A DNA stretch of 64,000 nt from an uncultured Planctomycetaceae bacterium (GTDB taxonomy: Bacteria > Planctomycetota > Planctomycetia > Planctomycetales > Planctomycetaceae): contig CAWJOC010000035.1 of NCBI GenBank assembly GCA_963844315.1, forward strand, positions 33,152 to 97,151. The letters run 5' to 3'. A program made the translations under genes and the position numbers. Of the stretch, positions 47,770-55,846 are shown piece after piece. Below the pieces are notes generated by a model. That model saw nothing but the letters and a program-made list of their open reading frames with translations. It was not told where the DNA came from and made no database searches. Positions within the stretch are counted from its first letter, which is position 1; the number at the start of each line of letters is the position of its first letter.

Positions 47770-48225
47770 ATGAACGAAGTCAGTGTGGTTTTCCATTGCC
47801 CGGTCTGGCCGGCTGTCAGCCCAGGGGTGCTACTTCCCTCAACTGGCGTCGAGGAACTGCGTCGCTTGCTGGCAGGCGTACTGCCGGACATCTTCGAGCG
47901 CACAAACCGCCCGGCACCCGCCTGCGCGTATTTCATCGGCGCGGTGGCTGCAAGGCCCGAGGTTGGTCCCTGGTCGATGGAGGTGCACAACCTCGATCGG
48001 TTTCACATCAGCGACCCGAACGCCGTTGAGTCGGTGGACACTGAGGTGATGCGCAAATACGAGGCCGAGTTGGTTTGCGAATACGAGCGGGTGATGTCCG
48101 AGGTGCGGGGCTGGCGACCTTCGTTGGTGCTCGTGAACATGAGCCGGGTGTCGGCTGGTACGGACCCGCCTTGCTCGGCGACGCAGGACGGGGATGTGCT
48201 GTGGCAATGGGAGGCGAGGCACTGA
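47770..48225 (+). CDS. hypothetical protein
   Basis: 151-aa ATG ORF on the cassette strand. No recognisable motif. Confidence 0.5.
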   Translation: MNEVSVVFHCPVWPAVSPGVLLPSTGVEELRRLLAGVLPDIFERTNRPAPACAYFIGAVAARPEVGPWSMEVHNLDRFHISDPNAVESVDTEVMRKYEAELVCEYERVMSEVRGWRPSLVLVNMSRVSAGTDPPCSATQDGDVLWQWEARH

Positions 48226-48462
48226 TGGGTTCATTCGACGGGGCCACGGTCATGTAAGCCCAGCCCAGGGAATCCCGCAAATGGGTGATTGGGATGACGT
48301 TGGGGACGGAATCGGGCATAATTGTTTCTGTACAACAAAACAAAGTCTCTTTGTTATTGCGGCTGTTCCCTGGGCCAAGACGGGCCGAGTGGGCCGCAAA
48401 GGAACCGCTCGTGGTTGGATTGATTGTAAAACCACATGCGAAGCCAATGATCAATCTTTGAA

Positions 48463-49263
48463 TTGAGGCTGATCGTTATGGGTTACATCACACGAGTTTC
48501 AGTGGATCAGAAGACTTGTATCGGTGATGGAAGCTGCCTGGAGGCGTGTCCGGAAATTTTCCAGATTCTGCCGGGCGAACGTGTTGCTTCGGTCAATCCT
48601 GAGGCAGTCCATTATTTTGAAACCCGGGAAGATGAAATCCGGTGTGCGGCTGAATGTTGCCCATCAAATAGCATCACAATTGAAGAATCGTCCAGCAGCA
48701 CCTGCCGTTCTTCGTGGATGGATCAACTCCAAGAAATACTGCCCCCACCAAATGAGGCTGTGAATCCACCGACCAATGAGGATTGGGCGATGGTGGAGAA
48801 GACTTTCGGCATGCCTCTTCCCAGCGAATTGTTCTCATTCTCTCGCACATACGGAACAGGAACGATTCGCGGCAAGAAAAACACGGCCGTCAGCATCTAT
48901 AATCCTGGCCAACCAGAGTTCATTCAAATTCTTCAATTTGAGTGTCAGCGTTTAAGGGATATTCGTGGCACACACAAGACCTTGGACAAGCCATTCGATG
49001 TTTTCCCGGAAAGGGGCGGTTTGCTCCCTCTTGGGAGCGATGAGTGCGACGTGTGGATCTGCTGGGAAGTATCGGGAATACCTGAAAAATGGCCCATTAT
49101 TGTCCGATGGTCTTGGGGCATCTTCGGAATGAGACGATTTGAGCTTTCGCTAACGGAATTCTTGGTGAGAATCCTCAAACGCCAGATTGAACTCCCTGGT
49201 TGGCCACGGCCAACATTTTTTGACCAGATCGAATTTGTGCCCTATCGAGGTAATAGCGCATAG
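48463..49263 (+). CDS. ferredoxin-like domain fused to SMI1/KNR4 (SUKH) domain
   Basis: N-terminus CIGDGSCLEACPEIF...CAAECCP (Fe-S ferredoxin-like). C-terminus NEDWAMVEKTFGMPLPSELFSFSRTYG..LLPLGSDECDVWICW is SUKH-like. Alternative start at 48478. Confidence 0.7.
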   Translation: MRLIVMGYITRVSVDQKTCIGDGSCLEACPEIFQILPGERVASVNPEAVHYFETREDEIRCAAECCPSNSITIEESSSSTCRSSWMDQLQEILPPPNEAVNPPTNEDWAMVEKTFGMPLPSELFSFSRTYGTGTIRGKKNTAVSIYNPGQPEFIQILQFECQRLRDIRGTHKTLDKPFDVFPERGGLLPLGSDECDVWICWEVSGIPEKWPIIVRWSWGIFGMRRFELSLTEFLVRILKRQIELPGWPRPTFFDQIEFVPYRGNSA

Positions 49264-49340
49264 CGATCTTCTTGCCCGAATCCGTCCCAAGGTGACAAGC
49301 CGCGCCGTTTTTTTGTCACCTGTCGCCTTCGCAGAATCAT

Positions 49341-49425
49341 TCGACGTAAGTCCTTGCTGCATAACATTCTCTCCGAAGTTGACAACGATGGCGACACGGA
49401 TCATCTTCGATGGTGACGGATTTTG
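49341..49425 (+). repeat. inter-cassette junction repeat, copy 1
   Basis: TCGACGTAAGTCCTTGCT...TCCGAAGTTGACAACGATGGCGACACGGATCATCTTCGATGGTGACGGATTT. Aligns with 49831..49915. Confidence 0.8.
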
Positions 49426-49785
49426 CCATTTCACAGAAAGTGTGTTGTGACGAACACGGCTCTCGAGGATTCACTTTATGACCATGTATTGGGCACGGGT
49501 TCGCCCTGCGAAACGCTGATTAGCCAAGGCAAGTTTCCAGAAGGCTGGGTGACGACATATTTGGAACTTGTTGCCAAACTGACAGCGCAATATGCTGGCC
49601 AGTCTATGTTGCCACGCCGAATTGTGTGGGCGGTCCATTTCGCATCGTGGTACTTGCCGCTTCGTTATGATGTGTGGTGCAAGACGAATGGCGATTCCAA
49701 CAAAGACACGGTGGGCCAGTTGTCGCGTCTGCGTGCCCCTAGCGAAATCTTTAAATATGGGGCCAATCATGAGGCGGGCCACTAA
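49423..49785 (+). CDS. hypothetical protein (start uncertain: TTG 49423, GTG 49447 or TTG 49489)
   Basis: 120-aa ORF on the cassette strand, flanked on both sides by the junction repeat. Confidence 0.5.
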   Translation: MPFHRKCVVTNTALEDSLYDHVLGTGSPCETLISQGKFPEGWVTTYLELVAKLTAQYAGQSMLPRRIVWAVHFASWYLPLRYDVWCKTNGDSNKDTVGQLSRLRAPSEIFKYGANHEAGH

Positions 49786-49830
49786 TTGCCCTTTGGCTTC
49801 TATCGGTCCCTGTCATCTTCGTGGGCCAGT

Positions 49831-49915
49831 TTGACGTAAATCCTTGCTATGACCAACCGTTTCCGAAGATGACAACGAAGGCGACAAGTGTCATCTTCGA
49901 CGGTGACGGATTTGG
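49831..49915 (+). repeat. inter-cassette junction repeat, copy 2
   Basis: TTGACGTAAATCCTTGCT...TCCGAAGATGACAACGAAGGCGACAAGTGTCATCTTCGACGGTGACGGATTT. Contains a perfect 11-bp inverted repeat, CGAAGATGACA / TGTCATCTTCG. Confidence 0.8.
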
Positions 49916-49942
49916 TTCATCCAGTAGGTGAGATGAACCAAT

Positions 49943-50611
49943 GTGGCCCTCGGCGTGTCCACACACGGATACAATCCTTACAGGGGAGCAATGAGCTTGG
50001 ACGATCAAATGATTCAGCGAATTCGTCGTATGCACTCAGCCATCGGAGAGACGGTGGAATCCGATATGACCCAATTGCCAGCCACCATAGTCCAGAATAA
50101 TGTGATTTTTGGAGTCATTCAGGACTTTCGCGGCAATAAGACACGGGAACAATTTGAGAATACGCTTCATTTGCTGATCGATCTCATTGCGAGTCTTGAG
50201 TACCACCTGCGACGTTGGGCAAGTCACAATGGGCACGAACCCAATAAGGTGACTGACTTTTTTCATAAGTCGCCACCGCTCCAGATTGTCCACGACTTAT
50301 GGAATAGTGAAAAACACGGACCTCCGCGGGAAGGAGAAGGCCGTAGCGGTTGTAATCCAAGACTGGAAAACGTGTGCCGCGTTATGAAACTATCGACGCA
50401 GGCAAAGCCTGGTTCACTTGTTGGAATGACAATGGGCCCCGGTGGCATACCTGTTATCCACGGTAATGGCAATGCCGCCGCCGCAATTACCGCCGACATT
50501 ATCGCTGCCGATGGGACATTGATTGGCGACGCCGATTTCATCTTGTCGCGAGCTGTTGGAGATTGCGAGAACTTGATGAAGCTCTTCGGCATAGATCTGG
50601 CGAAAGTGTGA
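49943..50611 (+). CDS. hypothetical protein
   Basis: Best start is ATG 49991 (MSLDDQMIQRIRRMH), preceded by GGGGAG. No recognised family. Confidence 0.6.
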   Translation: MALGVSTHGYNPYRGAMSLDDQMIQRIRRMHSAIGETVESDMTQLPATIVQNNVIFGVIQDFRGNKTREQFENTLHLLIDLIASLEYHLRRWASHNGHEPNKVTDFFHKSPPLQIVHDLWNSEKHGPPREGEGRSGCNPRLENVCRVMKLSTQAKPGSLVGMTMGPGGIPVIHGNGNAAAAITADIIAADGTLIGDADFILSRAVGDCENLMKLFGIDLAKV

Positions 50612-50686
50612 ATTGCGCATGGGACTTGTCATCTTCGTGGCCGGCCCCGTCCTGATACAATCGTGTCTTGAGTTCGGCCAGGTCGA

Positions 50687-50818
50687 TCATGTGGCGTCCT
50701 CATCCCGTTTCTTAAACCGTTGGTAGATGTCGATCAGCACGGCGGCCCAAACATCCGCGATTTGGTCGGGCAGCTTTGGTTCCTGTTCGCTGGTGGGTTT
50801 GTTTCTGAGATCGTGCAT
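50687..50818 (-). CDS. 43-aa member of the repeated small-ORF family
   Basis: MHDLRNKPTSEQEPKLPDQIADVWAAVLIDIYQRFKKRDEDAT. The stop overlaps an ATG (ATGA) that opens MIDLAELK.... Confidence 0.45.
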   Translation of the reverse strand: MHDLRNKPTSEQEPKLPDQIADVWAAVLIDIYQRFKKRDEDAT

Positions 50819-50881
50819 GGAAAACTTCTTGTTTGGTCAAAAAAAACCAGATAGGATCTTCAAATCCAATTTGTCTCCCGA

Positions 50882-51730
50882 TTGGCATTTATTATGGCCA
50901 AGAAAAAAAAGAAACCACCGCCCAATGTTGCCCAATACCCCGACGGCATTAAGGTCTATGGGATCGAAGATGGTTTTCGGCCATTCCCCGAACCCGCCCA
51001 CGTGTTTGCCAACCGCGTTGACGAGCACTCCAAATACCTTTTGCCGGCGGCGACCATTGACCTCGCACGTGTTGCGCCGGGGCAATGCGGCGTTGTTCAT
51101 CTCGTTGTACCAATTGAACCGTTCGACGGGAGGCTTGGCGAATTAACACACCAGTGGCATAACGAGCACTGCTTTGAGGATTGGATCAGCTTCCACATGG
51201 AGGGCGACCGCTGCGAATTCACGGCCGATTTTCGCTATTTTCAGCGCACGATGTTCGAGCAGCACTCGCCGGCCGATCCCGCCCAGCAGCAGGAGGCGAT
51301 GGAACTCAAAGAGCACTACCACCGGACAATCGCTGCCTTCGAATCGCGCCGTGATTTCTTTCGCCAGCATGGTTGGCTGCACAGGAAACCGAATGATTAC
51401 CAGCCTGACGACCCTTACATGGATTGGTGGCGAACCCCACTGCTGGACGACCTTGGCGGAACCAGTTTCGATGGGAATTGGTCCCACAATGGATGGGAAA
51501 GCAGCCTGCCGATCAATCGCTATCCCGATTCGGATCGCTTTCCGCCGTGGAAGGACGGCGATCGCATTTGCCAACCAGGCCGGGTTGTGCCACGCGCCAA
51601 CGATGGCCGAGATTTTCTATACATTGGGTCGATTTCCATGTGGAATTACATTGGCGACACCAACGGCGCGATGCTTCTCTTTTTCGATCCAGTCGACCAA
51701 ATCGCCACATCGGTCATCGACTGGACGTGA
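50882..51730 (+). CDS. hypothetical protein
   Basis: 282-aa ORF (ATG at 50894) with a Lys-rich N-terminus. Trp/His/Asp-rich, no confident family. Confidence 0.65.
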   Translation: MAFIMAKKKKKPPPNVAQYPDGIKVYGIEDGFRPFPEPAHVFANRVDEHSKYLLPAATIDLARVAPGQCGVVHLVVPIEPFDGRLGELTHQWHNEHCFEDWISFHMEGDRCEFTADFRYFQRTMFEQHSPADPAQQQEAMELKEHYHRTIAAFESRRDFFRQHGWLHRKPNDYQPDDPYMDWWRTPLLDDLGGTSFDGNWSHNGWESSLPINRYPDSDRFPPWKDGDRICQPGRVVPRANDGRDFLYIGSISMWNYIGDTNGAMLLFFDPVDQIATSVIDWT

Positions 51731-51805
51731 GAGAAGAAAAGAGGTGGCGTCCAATTCCCTAACGGCTGACACGACCGGCCTCTAGCCGGCCATGCCCACC
51801 CCACC

Positions 51806-51994
51806 CTAGGTCATTCGCCCTTGGTCAGCACGTCCCATTCGCCGGCCAGGTCGATCATGTGGCCTCTCCGTCTTAGGCTTGGCTTCTTCTCGCTTTTTAC
51901 GCCGCTGGTAGATGTCGATCAGCACGGCCGCCCAGGCATCGGCGATCTGGTCGGACAGCTTGGGTTCTTGTTCGGGGATGGGATTTTCGATCAT
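51806..51994 (-). CDS. longest member of the repeated small-ORF family
   Basis: MIENPIPEQEPKLSDQIADAWAAVLIDIYQRRKKREEAKPK.... Relative to the 50.7-kb copy there is a 1-nt indel before the ATGA junction. A 15-codon ORF MIDLAGEWDVLTKGE follows, then the GC-rich motif. Confidence 0.45.
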   Translation of the reverse strand: MIENPIPEQEPKLSDQIADAWAAVLIDIYQRRKKREEAKPKTERPHDRPGRRMGRADQGRMT

Positions 51995-52122
51995 CGAAAA
52001 GTTCTTGTTTGGTCGACAAAATGGGGATAGGATTTGCATATTGATTTCCGGCGTTTTCGCGTGTTATTTGGAATTGTTCTGAATAAATAGTAGTTCGGCA
52101 GCCGCGACATAAGGAGTATTGC

Positions 52123-52553
52123 GTGTGCCACCCTCTTATTCTTGGATCGTTAGAGCCGCTGCCCATCTCACAGTACGCGCCACAACGAGAGGACGAGTAA
52201 GAAGGGCGGATTTACGTCCGAGCTATCGGTAAGGCCAGGTCTCGCGACGCGCAGGCGATTTTCTCAACGCGTTACCTCTATTACATCTTTGCGCGGCATA
52301 CAGGCGACGCGTGCGGCTTCTGGGGTAATTACGAGGAAGCCCAAGATGCACGACAAGAACTTGCTGTCTTCCTCGAGCGCTGCTTGAAACTGGTTGCCGA
52401 CTTGCAGTTGTACGTGGCGGATTCCGACTTCGGCGATTCCGGGGCAATTCCGATGAAATTCGATTGCATTGGACCGAGCGATATCCGCACTTGGATTCCA
52501 GGCTTCCTTGAAGGCGATTTTTTCCAAGTGATACGCGAAGATTGATTTGAAGA
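52123..52553 (+). pseudogene. hypothetical cassette gene interrupted by an in-frame TAA (52198..52200)
   Basis: AAGGAG-N6-GTG at 52123. 25 codons, TAA, then the same frame stays open for 117 codons (..RYLYYIFARHTGDACGFWGNYEEAQDARQELAVFLERCL..FQVIRED). Confidence 0.45.
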
Positions 52554-52703
52554 CAAAAAATGGAAGCGCGGAGTTGCCGATCAGGGTGTTACATCCGACC
52601 GTCGAACCGTCTTTTCGGATGGCACAATCAACAGGCGGCGGGTGAACTTTATCACCGCCCCCACCCGGCAGGACACGACCGGCCGTGCCCACTCCAGCAC
52701 AGG

Positions 52704-52778
52704 TCATTCGCCCTCGGCTTCGTCGATCAACACGGCGGCCCAGGCGTCAGCGACGCGATCCAGCAGTTTGGCGGTCAC
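52704..52778 (-). pseudogene. truncated member of the repeated small-ORF family
   Basis: (V)TAKLLDRVADAWAAVLIDEAEGE stop, followed by CCTGTGCTGGAGTGGGCACGGCCGGTC as in the 40.2-kb copy. Confidence 0.4.
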
Positions 52779-52874
52779 GTACTTCTACATTCGGAACCTA
52801 ACACACGACCCCTTTTGTGCAATAGACCAACTGCTGTAAAATGGTTCCTGCTTTAGGCCAACCTAGGAAAGGGG

Positions 52875-54587
52875 ATGACCATGCCGAATTTCAAGTCTGC
52901 ATCCACGACTGGCTTTCTCACTTTTCTTCTGATCATGGGACTTGGTGTTTTCTTCCTGAGCACCGTTGCGGTGTGCCAGGATGAATCGCCGCCCAAATTT
53001 GAAATTCGTAGTGGTCTGGGTTGGGCCAGATTCGGTCGGCCTGTTCGCCCGATTGAATCACCGCCTCAAATGGAACCCTTGCCTAGAGATTCCGAACGGA
53101 GAGCATCGCCGCTTACGCTCGTGAACCTCCCTCAGATCGAGGTCACCGTTTCGACAATGCTCACGGAGGAAGAAGTAAAAACGATCGAGGCTCTGATCAA
53201 GGACTTGGCTCAGAGCCGACAAATAGATTTTGGTTCCACCTTTATACTGACGGGTGAGGATTTCGCCCCCATCGGTGATTCTGAGGAATCTTTCCTGGGT
53301 TCTAAAGCCACCCATTGGCTCAAGGGCAACAAATCCTTCAAACGACTTGTGGCGTTGGGGCCGAAGGCCTTGCCTGTTCTGCTCAAGTCGCTTGATGATC
53401 CGAATCCAACAGGATTAAAGGTCAAATCTCCTGGACTGATCGAGGAACTTGGAATCGCGAGAGGCACTCTCTCGTTTGGTCGTCAGATTTGGGGAAACCC
53501 GCTCAATCCGATTGAGGCGAAAGTTCTCGCAAACGTTGAATCGGACTTGAACTTGAATGCTGCTCAGTTCATTCCAACATACACCGTCAAAGTCGGAGAT
53601 TTGTGTTTTGAGGCCATTGGTCAGATCACCAATCGGCCTTATCTCATTTCCGGGTCGGGCGGCACACGAGACACAATCGTTAACAGTCCAGTTCATGACA
53701 AGCAATTGGCCAGCCTGGTGAAGCATATCTGGGGAAAGCCCGACCCACAGCAAACCTTGCTCAATTCACTTTTAATTGATTTTCATACTCGGGGCGAGTC
53801 CAGTGAGAACCTTCAAGTCGGGGCGGCGAAGAGATTGGCGTTCTATTTCCCGAAAGAAACTAGTGCCCTGATTGCCGAACGACTTAAAACGCTTGATGTC
53901 GAAACGCGGGATTATGAAAAGCGGAATGAAATCAATGGGTTGCGGGCGGAAGACCTGATCCAAGCGGTGTCTTGGTCCAACGATCCAAAAATCCAAAATG
54001 AAGCTCTGAGGATTTTCAATGCGACAACCGACACTCAGGTATTGGTCGCAGCCCTTCCAGGGATTGACCAGCAAAATGCTCCCCAGGCTTTGGAGCGGCT
54101 GAATCACATCTTGAAAAACCTTCCTGAAACCGATGGTCCTCGCGGAGAGGGTTATGAGATTCTCTTGGGGATCAGTCAGCGATTCCCCGAAGCGGTTGTG
54201 AAGTCATCCATCGACAAGTATCTCAAGACAGACGCCTTGGACCGCCGCCTGACAGTCTGTCGGCTCTTGGAGACAACGAACCAAGGACTCTCGATCGAGA
54301 TCCTTTCGCCCCTGCTCCAGGACAAACGAGAAACGAAAGAAACCTATGTGAAGTATCCCGATGATAATACTTCTCGTTTCAATCGTTTTCACGGCTTTGG
54401 GCTTCGCGACAGAGAATCCTTTCCCGAGAACTATCCCGCAATTCGAGTTTGCGACGAAGCCGCAAAGGTGCTCGCGAACAATTTCGAGAAGTGGAGCTTT
54501 TTTGAATTGCGTGGTTCTCATGAGGATTTGGACAAGAAAATCGAGTTAATTCTGTGGGAAATCTCGCAAATCGAGAAGAAGAAGTAA
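52875..54587 (+). CDS. secreted/membrane-anchored HEAT/ARM-like repeat protein
   Basis: 570-aa ORF with an N-terminal hydrophobic anchor. Helical repeat character (LGPKALPVLLKSLDDPN, WSNDPKIQNEALRIF). AT-richer codon usage. Confidence 0.75.
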   Translation: MTMPNFKSASTTGFLTFLLIMGLGVFFLSTVAVCQDESPPKFEIRSGLGWARFGRPVRPIESPPQMEPLPRDSERRASPLTLVNLPQIEVTVSTMLTEEEVKTIEALIKDLAQSRQIDFGSTFILTGEDFAPIGDSEESFLGSKATHWLKGNKSFKRLVALGPKALPVLLKSLDDPNPTGLKVKSPGLIEELGIARGTLSFGRQIWGNPLNPIEAKVLANVESDLNLNAAQFIPTYTVKVGDLCFEAIGQITNRPYLISGSGGTRDTIVNSPVHDKQLASLVKHIWGKPDPQQTLLNSLLIDFHTRGESSENLQVGAAKRLAFYFPKETSALIAERLKTLDVETRDYEKRNEINGLRAEDLIQAVSWSNDPKIQNEALRIFNATTDTQVLVAALPGIDQQNAPQALERLNHILKNLPETDGPRGEGYEILLGISQRFPEAVVKSSIDKYLKTDALDRRLTVCRLLETTNQGLSIEILSPLLQDKRETKETYVKYPDDNTSRFNRFHGFGLRDRESFPENYPAIRVCDEAAKVLANNFEKWSFFELRGSHEDLDKKIELILWEISQIEKKK

Positions 54588-54698
54588 AACAACACAATTA
54601 TGATTTCTCGCGGGCGGCACGCTTGGCCCCGAATCGGCCGTGCCGGACACCCCAGCGCGGGCCACTCGACCTTGATCAGCATTCCCCAGGAGAATGCG

Positions 54699-54851
54699 AT
54701 GCTTAATCCACCACCTCCTACGAAGAACGCAAAAACCGGCCTGGGCCTGTACGACCTCGCAGCTGCGCTCTTCGTTGCCGGTGCCCTTATACTGCTCTTG
54801 GCCCCGACTATGGGGAATAGGGGCCTATCCACTACGTGGATCTTTTACACC
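54699..54851 (+). pseudogene. 5' part of a small membrane-protein gene split by the IS66 insertion
   Basis: CCAGGAG-N6-ATG. MLNPPPPTKNAKTGLGLYDLAAALFVAGALILLLAPTMGNRGLSTTWIFYT, then the IS. The frame continues at 60065. Confidence 0.6.
54844..54851. repeat. 8-bp target-site duplication TTTACACC (left)
   Basis: Identical octamer at 60057..60064, directly outside the IS termini. Confidence 0.85.
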
Positions 54852-54929
54852 GTGTCCCTTCGGTAAGCGTGCCTGAATTGGTTTGGCGGATGGTTTATGC
54901 TGGCGACCTTCGTTTTTGGGAGGTCGAGC

Positions 54930-55315
54930 ATGGGTGGCACATCGCGTCGGGAACTTTCGCCGGAGTTGGCACGGGCCAAAAAGCGGTTCGCCGCGTGGCG
55001 GCAAACGAGGGTCCCGAAGTCGCGGATTCCGCAAGCGCTCTGGGATCTCGCGGTCGAGTTGGCGGCTTCGAGGGGCTCAACCGCACGGCGCGGGCTTTGA
55101 AGCTCGATTACTATACCCTCAAAGAACGCGTCGAGGCGGCCCCAAAAAATCGGAAGACGAACACCTCCGCGTTTCTTGAATTGCCTCAAGTGGCCCTGCC
55201 GTCGAAAGAGTGTGTCATTGAGTTGGGGGACGGCGAAGGACTCGTGCGCATTCGTCTCACGGGTTATGAGGCCTGTGAGATTGTGGCCGTGGGATGCGGG
55301 CTTCGGGAGGCCTGA
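54930..55315 (+). pseudogene. tnpA: IS66 accessory protein TnpA, one frameshift
   Basis: MGGTSRRELSPELARAKKRFAAWRQTRVPKSRIPQALWDLAVELA.. then (other frame) GLNRTARALKLDYYTLKERV... Confidence 0.7.
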
Positions 55316-55317
55316 TC

Positions 55318-55524
55318 ATGCTGGCTCTCACTCCCCAGATGAAGATCCTGGTGGCCATCGAGCCTGCTGACTTCCGCAAAGGCATCGATGGATTAGTGCG
55401 GCTTTGCAAAAACACTTTGGAGCAAGACCCGTTTAGCGGCACGGTGTTTTGCTTTCGCAATCGCCGCCAGACGGCGATCAAGGTGCTGGTGTATGATGGC
55501 CAGGGCTTTTGGTTGTGTCAAAAG
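55318..55524 (+). pseudogene. tnpB: IS66 TnpB, 5' portion (split by insertion)
   Basis: MLALTPQMKILVAIEPADFRKGIDGLVRLC..PFSGTVFCFRNRRQTAIKVLVYDGQGFWLCQK. Homology stops abruptly at about 55524. Confidence 0.8.
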
Positions 55525-55659
55525 AAGCAAAAAACAGACAACACCCATTTCACTCTCGGCCCAAAAGTCGGATAATCGTCCGATCATCGCGTTATCCGCC
55601 CTTCTGCGTTTGGCGGATTGGATGGAAGCCCATGCGGATTCTGTTTTAGGAGGAGACTC

Positions 55660-55846
55660 ATGCCACGTAAACGCACCACAACCGCTCCCCCCGCGCCGAA
55701 CCCCAGCGGCCCCTCTGCCCGGTCCGATCTGGCAGACGCTGACCGACGAGCAACGTCAGAAAATTCTCTGGGCACTCACGGGGATCCTGCTCAAAAGACT
55801 CGACGCACCTCCCGACCGAAAGGAGGTGCGAAATGAGCGGTCGTGA
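55660..55846 (+). pseudogene. small basic protein upstream of the recombinase (one frameshift)
   Basis: AGGAGG-N6-ATG. MPRKRTTTAPPAPNPSGP then (other frame) LPGPIWQTLTDEQRQKILWALTGILLKRL... The stop overlaps the recombinase start. Confidence 0.45.

Noticed and set aside
52264-52707. 147-aa minus-strand ORF (MTCAGVGTAGRV...)
   Set aside because: Its first third is the non-coding GC-rich repeat motif, and the rest mirrors a better plus-strand frame that has an AAGGAG RBS. I consider it an antisense shadow, although the plus-strand gene carries an in-frame stop.
40200-54600. Chromosomal integron cassette array (attC sites between co-directional small ORFs)
   Set aside because: The window contains no intI-type tyrosine recombinase. 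The junction elements lack the R''(RYYYAAC)/R'(GTTRRRY) core pairs. One GTTAAAC near 45212, with a partial upstream partner, was the only near-match. The conserved spacers are 157-205 bp, longer than typical attC. I therefore report them as an unnamed repeat family instead.
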